From assembly GCA_020137815.1 (NCBI GenBank), contig CM035356.1:2666001-2730000 (forward strand): DNA of 64,000 bases. Direction: 5' to 3'. Of the stretch, positions 29,210-40,508 are shown piece by piece. The DNA comes from Hormiphora californensis. Taxonomy: Eukaryota; Animalia; Ctenophora. How positions within the stretch are numbered: the first letter of the stretch is position 1; each line of letters begins with the position of its first letter. Made by a program: the position numbers and the translations under genes. The notes under the pieces were generated by a model that had not been told where the DNA came from, searched no databases, and worked only from the letters and a program-made list of their open reading frames with translations.

Positions 29210-30058
29210 CTAAGCTATGTGTGTCAGAGGGAGAAATGTAAAACTAAAACTTACAAAGCTGCACCTAGAACGTGTAAGATTGTGAGAAAGCTCTAACCTC
29301 TTGTGTGGCTTCCTCTCTTGCTGCTGCGGTCTGAGGGTTGAAGCTTCTGCCCGGCTGTTGACAGGACCGTCCTCCCAAACATACCCAAACACCGCCCTCG
29401 TCTTGTCCTCACTAATTTGGACACGCTTGGGCGGGAGCACTGAGATTTTAAGATGCCGTGGACCAGTGATGAGAGGTGGTCGCTCTGCCTCTTGAGTTAT
29501 TGATTCCGTTCTCTCTGGCTCTGGTGTTTTTGCAGCTAATTGAAATTCCCTTTGGTCTGGTTCTAAAGTTTCAGCAGCTAATTCAAGTCGTTCTGGTTCT
29601 AAAGATTCCGCAACTGATTCAGTTATCTCTGGTGCTGTAGATTCCGCAAATAATTCAGTTATCTCTGGTTCTGTAGATTCCGCAACTAATTCAGTTATCT
29701 CTGGTTCGGAAGGTACTGCAAGAGAAGTCACTGAATTACTTTTATGATCATCTTCCTTCGAGGCACTACTAGTCGAGAGAGATCTATTGGATGAGGTGGT
29801 AATGTGATCATCTGGGATTGTTTTGGACAGGGATTTGGATGGTGAAGTTGGTTTAGTCAGGGTAACTTTCAGTTTCTTCTTGGCAGCAATTTTCTGCATC
29901 AGCTTTTGGTGCTCTTTCCGTTTCTTCCTCGCCTTCTTCTCCTTCCTCTTGATGTCCTCCTTAAGTGTTCCACGTAGCAGGGAATTCAGGTGATCAGGTT
30001 TGGAGGAGTTAGATTTCTCTGCCGCCATCCCCGCTGCACAGGTCATACTGCTCAACAT
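29210..30058 (-). CDS. Uncharacterised low-complexity protein (basic patch and 12-aa EPEITELxAES repeats)
   Basis: Open frame of ~283 codons with in-frame 36-bp repeats; no recognised domain. Confidence 0.45.
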   Translation of the reverse strand: MLSSMTCAAGMAAEKSNSSKPDHLNSLLRGTLKEDIKRKEKKARKKRKEHQKLMQKIAAKKKLKVTLTKPTSPSKSLSKTIPDDHITTSSNRSLSTSSASKEDDHKSNSVTSLAVPSEPEITELVAESTEPEITELFAESTAPEITESVAESLEPERLELAAETLEPDQREFQLAAKTPEPERTESITQEAERPPLITGPRHLKISVLPPKRVQISEDKTRAVFGYVWEDGPVNSRAEASTLRPQQQERKPHKRLELSHNLTRSRCSFVSFSFTFLPLTHIA

Positions 30059-30551
30059 CGTACAGCCCAAACACTAGTCAACTGGGTGTTTTAATTCACC
30101 ACCCTGGGTTTATCCAATATATATTATTAGGCAATTTAGTGTAGAGTGTAATTCAGCTGATGTAGACGTGAAGTTGCATGCAAGACATAACAGAATATTT
30201 TAACGCGATTTTAGAAAAGCGCCGTTCTTCTTTGAAAACCATCTCCGGTTGTTTCATATTGTTTCACTTCTGGCCTAGTGTAGTAGTACACAGCCGGTGC
30301 TGTTGCAGTGTAAACTGTTTGTCTTTTTTACACCCATATAGGTGGTGAGAAAATATATTATTGAAGAAGAAAGAAAGAATCCGCTTTATCGACTTAATAA
30401 TCTAATCAAATACATGCAGTCAAAGAAAAGAAAAAATACATCCTTGGAAAACACACTTGTATAAAGTCCAGCCTGATTCATGGAAATAATATAAAATTCA
30501 AATATAATGTCTCTTAATCAAGATTGTTAATCGAGCTCGGCTCTGTAAAAG

Positions 30552-33500
30552 TTAGTTTTCAACGGTAAAGGAGGCATTCCAGATCTCCACTTCTGTGTCC
30601 GTTTCTCTTATGTACTGTACCTCATAATCACCTGAAATGTTTATATGAAGGATCATCATTAATATAAAATATAGTTCAACATTATCTGATCGTTTCTATC
30701 TTTGTGGTGTACCAGCACTTCAATTAATATTCATCGTGAAACAAAGATAAAAAAGAGGGCAACAAGCAAATTACTCCTGTCCATCATTTAAAACAAGAAT
30801 TATTGCATTATGTATTCATAATGCGGTGTTTCCCTGCCACAAATGAATTTAAAATTGGTGAATAAGCTTCAAAACCGGATTTCCTGAGCATTTTTGGCTG
30901 ATGCGATGTTGGTTACTAAGGTAACTAGGTTAGTTGCTATGGTAACTAAAGCAGTTGCTATGAAACCAAGGCAGTTGCTTAGGAGATCCCAGTTGGTTAC
31001 CAAGTGCTTCAACTTTAACCGCATCTCAACTCAAGTCACTAGTGTGAAAGTAGTTTCATGCTTGGAAGACGTTCTACCACTTCATGACATTGCTCTAGGA
31101 CGCCCAAAGTGAATACAAGTGAAAGTAAGAAGTGCTATCAGCGAGTAATTGCGCACCACAATATGTGTTAATCATTTCCTTTGTTGCATCAACGAAGCGT
31201 GAGATGAAAGTTTTATGAAGGAGCAGCACTTGTTACTATGAGTTGTCCGTGACGGACGGACGGACGGACGGACATTTAGTTAACTCCCCATGCTGCTGAT
31301 TTCTAAACCCTGAATGATCTTTTTAGCACGTGCGTGCTAAAAAGATCATCCCGGGTGAATGCCCTTCAGGCATTCACCCGGGCAGGGAAAAAATTGTTAT
31401 TACCTGTCACATCCTCCTCTGCATCTTCCCCAATCTCTATGGCAACGAATACACTATTAGTGCTGGCTGGACTCTGAGTAGTATGGATCTGGACGGCACT
31501 GGAGACTGACCCACCCCATGGCCGAACAAGTCTGAACATCTCAGGGCTCAGGGGAGCAAGGGATTTGTCGATAGCTAGCACACCACCACGTAGAGTTTCT
31601 CCAACCTTTTTATTCTTTTCCAGGTAGAAACTAATTCCACTGTCCATGAACACTTCAGGCTTCATTTCTGAAATAACATCTGGGTATTAACAACCATTTC
31701 TAGCATTAGATGATATCATTAACTGAACAGGTCGATCATTGTTACCAATTAAATACCACAATAACTATAAAATGTAGTAGGAAATATAGGGTACTGTACC
31801 TGTTTCCCAAGTCCTCATTTCAGCCTTCACAACTGCGGGAGTCTCTGTGAATACTTCCACAATTAGCTCCCCATTATCCCAATCATCGTACCTGTCCTCT
31901 ACCTCCTCCATCTCCTCCACAACCATCTCTCCATTGCCCCATTCATCGTAACTGCCTTCCTCTATGTCCTCAACAACTAATTCTCCATCGTCCCAGTTGT
32001 ACCTATCTTCCTCCTCTTCCAGGTCTTCAACTATTAGCTCTCCATTGTCCCAGTTATTATACATATCTTCCTCCAAGTCCTCAACTATAAGGTCATCCCA
32101 ATCATTCTCCACCTCAATGGGTCCATTATCTCCCCTCCCATTAACAGGAACCTTCTCAGTCACCACTTCAAGGTCCAAGTAGTTATCAATATCATCCCAA
32201 GCATTATCATTAGTAAAGACATCAATCATCTCCGCCCCTGACCAGTCTCCCGTCCAATCTTCCTCCGCTACCGGGACGGTGTACCGTTTAGGCAGCTCTG
32301 TGCTATCCGGGCTCGGTGAGGCGGTATCAGTCCATTCCTTGTATTCCGTCCTACCACCTTTAGTTCGGTAGCCGTCTGTTCTCTTGTTACTGTCAGTTGA
32401 TGTTGCTTCTTCTGTCCATTCGTTGCTGTCAGTTCCTTCAGAAGTTGATGTAAAATCTTCTGCCCATTTGTTACTGTCAGTTCCTTCAGTAGTAATTGCT
32501 TCTTCTGTCCATTTCTCATCTTTGCTGTAGTATTTATCGGTTATATAATCCTCGGACCACGCTCTATTTTCGGTTCGATAACCTTTTGATCCCTCAGTTT
32601 GGTACCCTTTCGTTCCCTGGGTTTGGTACCCTTTTGATCCCTCCGTTTGGTACCCTTTCGTTCCCTGGCTTTGGTACCCTTTCGTTCCCTGGCTTTGGTA
32701 CCCTTTCGTTCCCTGAGTTTGGTACCCTTTTGATCCTTGGGTTTGGTACCCATTTTCCGTTTGGTAACCATCACTCCACTGGTTCTCCTGAGTTGGTTCT
32801 GTCTTTTCACCCCAGTATTCGCTTGGCTCCTCCGATGATGAGCTGGGCCTGCTAGTATCGGACTTCATTTGTCCTGATGTCGTAGGGGTCTCGTCGGGGG
32901 ATCCTGTCCGCTTTGTGTTCGGAGTCTCTGAGTTATCGGCCGTCCACTCACTCATATATGGAGTTTGACTTGGTTCAACACCCTCCTCCGTCCAGGATTT
33001 ATCAGTCCATATTTTGGTCTCACCATCAGTTTCCTGGCTGACTGGGAGGTAGGTGGTAAGAAACTCGGGGTCGGGTGTCCCATCTGTTCGCCTCTCCACT
33101 CCGTTACCCGTGGTGTAGGGATCCAAGGTGGAGTCATCGGTCCAAACTGAGTTATCCATATCGGTTGTCAGGGAGCCATCAGTCCTTTTAGAGGGAGTTG
33201 CTGAGTTATCCGTGTCAGTTGTCATGGAGCCATCAGTCCTTCTGTCAGGGGGTGTTGCTGGTGTAGAAGACATGTCTTTGGGCTGATACGATGATTCAAA
33301 CTGTTGGCCGCCTGATGATGATGATACCACACCAGCAGGTTGTCCTGTTGATTTGAAAATGGCGCTAGTGCTGGTTTCCACTACTCTACGTGTCACATAT
33401 CCGTCGTCATAGTTACCAGTCACCTCCACTTCACAAAGAGTCATTGGACCATTGGACTTGGATAACAAAATGTAGTCCGTTGGTTTTGCCCCATTGCAGC

Positions 33501-36500
33501 TGATCGTATACATTTTACGATTTGTCTTGTACTCCACTGTACCACAAAGAGTTTCACCCGCATACACCTGAATGTAATTTGGTTGTGTTATGTGAGATGG
33601 GTTCAATAATGTGACAAAACGGGCCCACAAATCGTCAAATCCATCTGACACATACCTTTAATCCATCAATCCTCTCTGAGCAGCAATCTAATCGGTTATA
33701 AATATCCACAGAATTAACTCGGACAGCGCTAGAGAAGTTACCAATCCAAAATGGTTCATCATACCAAGTATCATCAGTGTGGGAACACGAGTTCCTAGAA
33801 TGAGGGGGCATGATTCACTTGAAAATATACCATCACAAAATCAGTGCTAAATGATGAAAAAGAAAAGCCAACAAGAATTATTGCATTATGTATGTATTCA
33901 TAATGCGGTGTTTCCCTGCCACAAATGGATTTAAAATTGATGAATAACCTTCAAAACTGGATTTTCTGATGAATTTTGTGCATTTTTTGGCTGATACGAT
34001 GTTGGTTACTAAGGTAACTAAGTAAGTTGCTATGGTAACCAAAGCAGTTGCTATGGTAACCGAAGCAGTTGCTATGGTAACCAAAACAGTTGCTATGGCA
34101 ACCAAGGCAGTTGCTTAGGAGACCCCAGTTGGTTACCAAGTGCTTCAACTTTAACCGCATCTCAACTCGAGTCACTAGTGTGACAGTAGTTTCATGCTTG
34201 GAAGACGTTCTACCACTTCATATCATGGCTGTAGGGCGCTCAAAGTGATTTAAGGTGATAGTGGGAAGTGCTATAAGCGAGTAATTGCGCGCCACAATGT
34301 GTGTTAATCATTTCCTTTGTTGAATCAACGAAGCGTGAGATGAAAGTTTTATGAAGGAGCAGACTTGTTGTTAGGCGTTATCCGTGACGGACGGACGGAC
34401 ACATTTAGTTTAACCCCACGATCTGCTGATTTCTAAACCCTGAATGATCTTTTTAGCACGTGCTAAAAACATCATCCCGGGTGAATGCCCTTCGGGCATT
34501 CACCCGGGCAGGGAAAAAATTAATTCTTCCCGCCTTGAATTTCAGTATCTCAGATCTGTCATTTTCAAGCTTTCAACCCCTGATATATAATATGACTCGG
34601 TGATAACTTACCCCCAGTAATTGGAGTTATTGTCCCCGTCAATAGCACGTTCTGCGTTACCTTCCCAGTCAGTAGAGCTCTGAGAAGCGCTAACAATCTG
34701 TATCTTACTCGGCCCACTCCATCCGCTAGTGCTGGTTTCCACTTGTCTCCGTGTCACGTATCCGTCGTCATAGTTACCATTCACCTCCACTTCACAAAGA
34801 GTCATTGGACCATTGGACTTGGATAACAAAATGTAGTCCGTTGGTTTTGCCCCATTGCAGCTGATCGTATACATTTTACGATTTGTCTTGTATTCCACTG
34901 TACCACAAAGAGTTTCACCCGCATACACCTGAATGTAATGGTTGTGTTATGTGAGATGGTTTATGTGAGATGGTTTCAATAAATTGACAAAACGGGCCCA
35001 CAAATCGTCAAATCCATCTGACACTGTGCATACCTTTAATCCATCAATCCTCTCTGAGCAGCAATCTAATCGGTTATAAATATCCACAGAATTAACTCGA
35101 ACAGCGCTAGAGAAGTTACCAATCCAAAATGGTTCATCATACCATGTATCATCAGTGTGGGAACACGAGTTCCTAGAATGAGGGGGACATGATTCACTTG
35201 AAAATATACCATCACAAAATCAGTGCTAAATGATGAAAAAGAAAAGTCAAAAATAATTAACTTTTCCCGCCTTGAATTCAGGTATCTTAGATCTGTCTAT
35301 TTTAAGCTTTCGACCCCCGATACATAATATGACTCGGTGATAACTTACCCCCAATAGTTGGAGTTAGTGTCCCCGTCAATAGCACGTTCTGCGTTACCTT
35401 CCCAGTCAGTAGAGCTCTGGGATAGCACTAACAATCTGTACTTTACCCGGACCACTCCATCCATTAGTTGTCTCCTGCTTCCTAACCTTTCGTCATTGGT
35501 GTAGAGGACACATCACTACCTTTCGTCATTGGGGTAGAGGACACCTCACTCGAACCAGTATCCGTGTCGTATTCTGGGTACGGTGTAAGGGGTCGAAGAT
35601 GGATCAGCTGGGTTTCCTTTCTGTGGGCTTGTTGAGAAATCCGGCTCGTAACTGGTTACTTGCTCATCCATCGGTGTTGTACTGGTATCTTCTACTGGCT
35701 GCGGTGTACTCTCATATATGAGATCCCAGGAATAAGAAACAGACTGCCTTCCTTGTTCTCTGTGAACATACTTGTATCGCCATTTAGGGCGATACAAAAT
35801 CGGCTTCCTTTTCCCCAACAGCCACTATTCCCACATTTAGATGAGCACAGGTTGCCTGCAGGGTGTGCAATACAGTTGTTCTTAATGGATACTGCTTGTT
35901 CAGTGCCCAGTTCTGAGAACCGGTTAAGGAGGCCCTCCTTACTGGGCAGATAACATAATTTTGAATTTCCCTCGATCTGAAAAAAACATGTTGTTTGTCA
36001 TCGCACAACTACGATTAATGGTCAAAATATAAAGTATAGTTTCATAGAGCACATTTTATTTCGTAATGAAACTATTATAGTTACTTGAATATTATTATCA
36101 TGATGATTATAGAATCCAACACTTTTTATATTGTACAGGTCCAGGCTTCTCAACTTATCGTTCTGGCGAAACAAGGTGGAATTATTGAATTATTGAAACG
36201 CAAAGTTCTCTGTTCATTCTGAGTAAGGGGACAAGGACTGGGAGTTTATACGGGGCTTATAATACGACCAGAAAATAAACCCAACCCATCCCCCTAACAG
36301 CCTATAACGGGAAACAACTAAAAATTGTCACAAAAGTAAAACGGCTGTAGAATTTTTCCCTTTTGAGATAAAGCTTCGGTCTAGTGATAGAACAATTTTT
36401 CAGACAATTTTACCTAAAAAACCATAAAATAAATATATATTTTTTGAGTTTTGAAGCCGGTTTCGGGTAGGATAACGTGAAAACTCCGCGTTTTTGGTCG

Positions 36501-37969
36501 ATGTAATATATATGAGGCATAAACTCTGGCCACTGGCACGTTATTTCAGATACCTTTCTCCCAGCGCGCCGCTGGGAGAAGGTAGCTGTAGTTTATCCGC
36601 CAGTGGCGGATAAACTGGTTTAAATCACGACGACGATCCCGAGGCGGAGCCGAGGGAGAGGCGGAGGGGTTTAAACCAATAACGTGCCATTGGTCAGAGT
36701 TTATGGGTTATATACCCTGCTTTAGTTGTTTGTTTCAAGTATTACACACTAACAAGAGAGAAAACACTAATCAAAACACACAAAGAGAACTGAGAAACAG
36801 TCAAAAACATCTCTCAATTGAGTGTATATTGTTTGGTAACAGTTACTAAGGAGAGAGAGAAAGAAATAACAAGATATGGGGCATGCCAGACATAACACAG
36901 AGGAATTGAGATAGTGAAACAAAAGGGGAGATAAAGAGAGAGAAATTGACGGAATGTGTTGTTTCTTTCTCTCCAGTGCAGTGTGTAACTCTTGCAAACA
37001 GTGTTCCCTCTGTATTTCAGTAAGAACTGATCATTTACACACACTTTGAATGTAACATAGGAGTAATAATAAACAGCCAGCCAGTGGGAAATAATCTGCC
37101 GCTGGACTGGCTGTATATTGAGAGCGCGCCAGTGGGACTTCTCGCCGCTGGCGGGTTATTTAAGTTAGCAGGGTATATAATTAATCAAACATACCTCTAG
37201 AATCATTATGCTATATTCCTCCGTATCTATATTTTCTATCGCCTTCAGCTTTCGAAGGAAGTTTAGAGAACGTAGAGAAGAAGTCCGGGATATGGTAAGG
37301 GCACCGGTGATAATTCTTAGTGAGCTTAACGCGTTTAATGCAGATTCTGGGTTCTCCAAGCAACCCTTATCAAGCCTGGAAATAATATTGGTTTGATAAT
37401 AATCATCAGCGTTCGACTCGCTCAATGTTGTAAACAGTCTACTAGCAGTAATATGCAACAAACACATGAATGATATGTCATGTTTACAATTCAGGACTAA
37501 CTTCCTTTCAAGAATCTCATCTGTGATGTTGAGATTTCCATGGAACCTGGAACATCCAAAGAAAGAGGATATCTTGACATCTTCGCTTAACCACCTCTTC
37601 TCTGTGCATCTCTTCTCTGTTGGGGTTAGGTACGGTAAAAACTGAAAACTTAATAATCCATTCGCACTCAAGAACAAACGTCACACATATATCGATCTAC
37701 CGTTCTGCAATGGCGCTTTAGACCACTTTTTGATCTGTGTGGCACCATTGAACTGCTCTGAGTGTCGCCAGATAGTTTTTAATTCTCAAAATGACCGCAA
37801 GCAATTGTGGGGCTACGACGCAGTCAGAATTGCATTGTATGCAGAGTAGATTGTGCAGCGTTGTGTGGAATATATCATGTAACATACCGTCTATTCGGAA
37901 TTTCCGGTTACCAAGAGCCCCATGATAGACCAGCTGCACGAGGAGGAGGACCGGTAATCCCTTCAGCAT
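30552..37969 (-). CDS. Secreted mosaic protein: signal peptide, receptor L-domain, furin-like Cys-rich segment, two F-type (fucolectin/FTP) lectin domains, mucin-like, Tyr/Lys and acidic repeats, C-terminal domain
   Basis: Signal MLKGLPVLLLVQLVYHGALG; L-domain FFGCSRFHGNLNI..LRIITGALTI..LNFLRKLKAI..|NDKLRSLDLYNIKSV..IQ|IEGNSKLCY; CSSKCGNSGCWGKGSRFC; two copies of ASQSST..AERAIDG..SCSHT..NRLDCCSER..CG..C..TLCEVEV; stop at 30552-30554; apparent single-base indels near 35785 and 35425. Confidence 0.78.
30792..31393 (-). mobile_element. DINE-1/HINE-like (Helentron-associated) non-autonomous rolling-circle element, copy 1
   Basis: Subterminal IR TTTCCCTGCC/GGCAGGGAAA, terminal hairpins, (GTCC)n microsatellite, stem-loop GCATTATG..CATAATGC, CTTGTT end, no TSD. 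Confidence 0.8.
33870..34519 (-). mobile_element. DINE-1/HINE-like element, copy 2
   Basis: Same structure; the paralogous intron at ~35245-35255 lacks it. Confidence 0.82.
36520..37180. mobile_element. Putative non-autonomous element with nested inverted repeats (Crypton-like?)
   Basis: IR pairs TAAACTCTG(G)CCA..GGCACGTTATT/AATAACGTGCCA..CAGAGTTTA and TATATACCCTGCT/AGCAGGGTATATA; CGAGGCGGAGCCGAGG motif; no TSD seen. Confidence 0.35.
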
Positions 37970-38961
37970 GTTAACACTACTACAATAGAGTTGGAGAAAA
38001 TCAATAAAGAAAGCAAGTGACTGACAAATCGGTGGGCGTTTTTATGAGCTACGAGCTAGTGACGCGTCTAGTCGCCTATCAAATAGCCGCTTAGTAATTC
38101 ACTTCTTGCTGGAAAAACAAGAGAATTACATATTCCCTTCGTTCTATATTTCTCACTAAGTGTCCGTGTGTGAGACCAGCTGAGAGGAGCATTAATTTGA
38201 TTTAAATTTCGTCTTTCCTATTCTGTTCTTTGGAGAGAAAGTAAAGGAAAAGAGAAGCGTGCAATAGACGACTCGAGCGGTGTGAAAATGTACCATATTT
38301 ACCACCAGATATGTTCAGACATGTATGCAAGCCACGTCGTCTAAATAGTGTGACTAAAGTCAGATTTAGGCAGTTTTTTAGCTGGAATGGAAAGGCTAAA
38401 GTCGGATTTAGCTTGATGGAAAGGCCCAACAAAGTCAGGGGCGTGAACAGGAAAAGTGTAATAAGAATAACACTACACGCATAATGTCATAATAATGCAG
38501 TTTGAGGGGGCACTTATGTGGGAGCCCTTTTTATACTCTCCCTACTCGTCCTACTCGCCCTACTCTCCCTGCAGCAGCCAACAGAACACGTCCTATATAC
38601 TGAGTAGGTCAGGACTGTAGTCAGTCAACTTCTTAGGTACTGGGATGCTCCAGATGTCCCAGTATTATCCATGAACAAACATGTTGTTGCAGAGAAGGAC
38701 AACATGTGCAGACACACAGTGAACGTGTGGATGGGCAAACAATAACACGCGAGTATTTGGGTACAGTGAGAGAGAGATGGGAAATCATACATATAATTCA
38801 TATTAAATCAAAAGAGGCTATGGGGCACGGGTAATCAGATAAAGTAATCAGATAAAGTCCTCAATATATTACATATATAGCTTCTTGCTGCGTGAGGCGT
38901 GAGCCAAGGCCCAAAATCTCATCCGTTATTTAATATGACGTCGTGATACCCTCTACTCATA

Positions 38962-39398
38962 TTATGATAGTCCGCACCCTCTGGGTATGACTCCATCTTC
39001 ATGACGTCACACATTTCATAGTTGATCAATGTGGCCACCGTGGTGTCGAACGTACCCATAAAACATGGCCTCCTCTTCCTCCTCCAGCTTGAGGGCAGCT
39101 ATCGCAATTTCATCCTCCTGCGCCAGGAAGTCTTCCTCCGAACTGAATGGACCCACTTCAAGGAGCTCGTTATCTTCCGTGTTTGTAATACCCTCTAGGG
39201 TGAGGGGAGGGAAAGATATTTAGTATGAAGTCATCAACAAATAATATTCTGAAGGGGAAAGCTTTCCGCTTTCGTATATTTTTGGTAGGTTAGATCATAG
39301 CAGTACCAATATATATGTAGCAATATAACCTGTCCAGCTAGCTGCGACTTACCTGACATTATGAAGAGTGAGACCAAAATAAAAGCATACATCATCAT
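38962..39398 (-). CDS. Small secreted acidic peptide precursor (neuropeptide/toxin-like)
   Basis: Exon 39353-39398 MMMYAFILVSLFIMS with strong GTAAGT donor; exon from 39194 EGITNTEDNELLEVGPFSSEEDFLAQEDEIAIAALKLEEEEEAMFYG, then either YVRHHGGHIDQL* (stop 39016) or spliced GCGLS* (stop 38962). Confidence 0.68.
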
Positions 39399-39487
39399 TT
39401 TACTGGCTTGAGAGTCCTCGATATAGAAAGCAGATATCAAATGGAAAAGAATGCACTGATTGGTCTTGAAAGCTCAGTAGACTGCTC

Positions 39488-39494
39488 TTTTATA
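39488..39494 (-). promoter_or_regulatory. Candidate TATA box for the small secreted peptide gene
   Basis: TATAAAA on the minus strand ~90 bp upstream of the ATG. Confidence 0.45.
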
Positions 39495-40508
39495 GGTAAC
39501 TCCCCCCCTCCCCCCAAGCCCCACGGTAGATGATCAACATTGCTCTAATTAATCTAGTCGGATATATTGGTAAACAAAATCTAGATCCCCCGGCCCAGCT
39601 AGATCCAAATTGAAACAGCAAGCATGCACCCACTGATCCATACCGCGCGGGGTTTAGATTATGTGTATTAGAGCCGTGCCCTGATAGCAACACAGCAATG
39701 AAAATGAGGATTGAGAGGCTGTCTTTCAATCGCAATTAGGTGATCAATCCACCCGATTGAAATTGGACAATTCCGAGAAAATAAAACTAGCTTTAGTCGA
39801 TCATATTTACTTTTGGTTTACTTTAATCCTAGATTAAACTTGGCCGAGGATTTAGTCTCTGGAATTTAAAATCTTGAATTGAACTTGTGGAACTTCTAGT
39901 TCTACTGAGTATCGGGTGTTTTTTATATCAACATCCGGTTGTAGGGAGAAATGAAATGGTAAGTTGGGAAAAGGAACAATAGTAAGCATGCCAGCGCGTA
40001 AGATTCGAGCAAGACAGGAAGGAAACCGAGAAAGATCGCCGGGCCCAGAGGGGAGAGAGAGGAAGAGGAGAAGAGAGAGAGAGAGAAGAGAGATCGAGAG
40101 ATGGGAGAGAGAAAATGAGTATGAGCAAGGGAGAGAGAAGAGAGAGAGAGAGAGAGAGATAGAGCGCGTGAGAGACACCTAGCCAAGGGAAATTTTCCGT
40201 CGTACAGAGGCGAGAAGTAGAGAATAGACCTCCCGGAGGGGGAAGGAGAACGTGGAGGGGAGAGAGAAGAGAGCACCTAAGGGTTTGGGAAGAAGGAGCG
40301 GTCGAGGTTGGATCGTCTCGCTCCTCGCATTATCTACTAGAGCTCTTCTACTAGCTCCGTATCTCCTCTCTCCTCCGCCCCTTTCTCATCTCTCTCTCTC
40401 CTCCATATCTCGGTGTAAGCTTGGAGCAACCTGTGGAAGTGTCAGCCTTCCAACTCAGCGACACACACACATCGTGTACTGCATAGATTGCTTGCTTCGT
40501 GTTGAGAG

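Noticed and set aside
32575-32770. Regular 24-bp repeats resembling a CRISPR array
   Set aside because: No unique spacers, eukaryotic context, and in-frame coding repeats
35546-37677. Call as EGFR or insulin receptor
   Set aside because: Only one L-domain and a short Cys segment; no TM helix or kinase in the downstream exons
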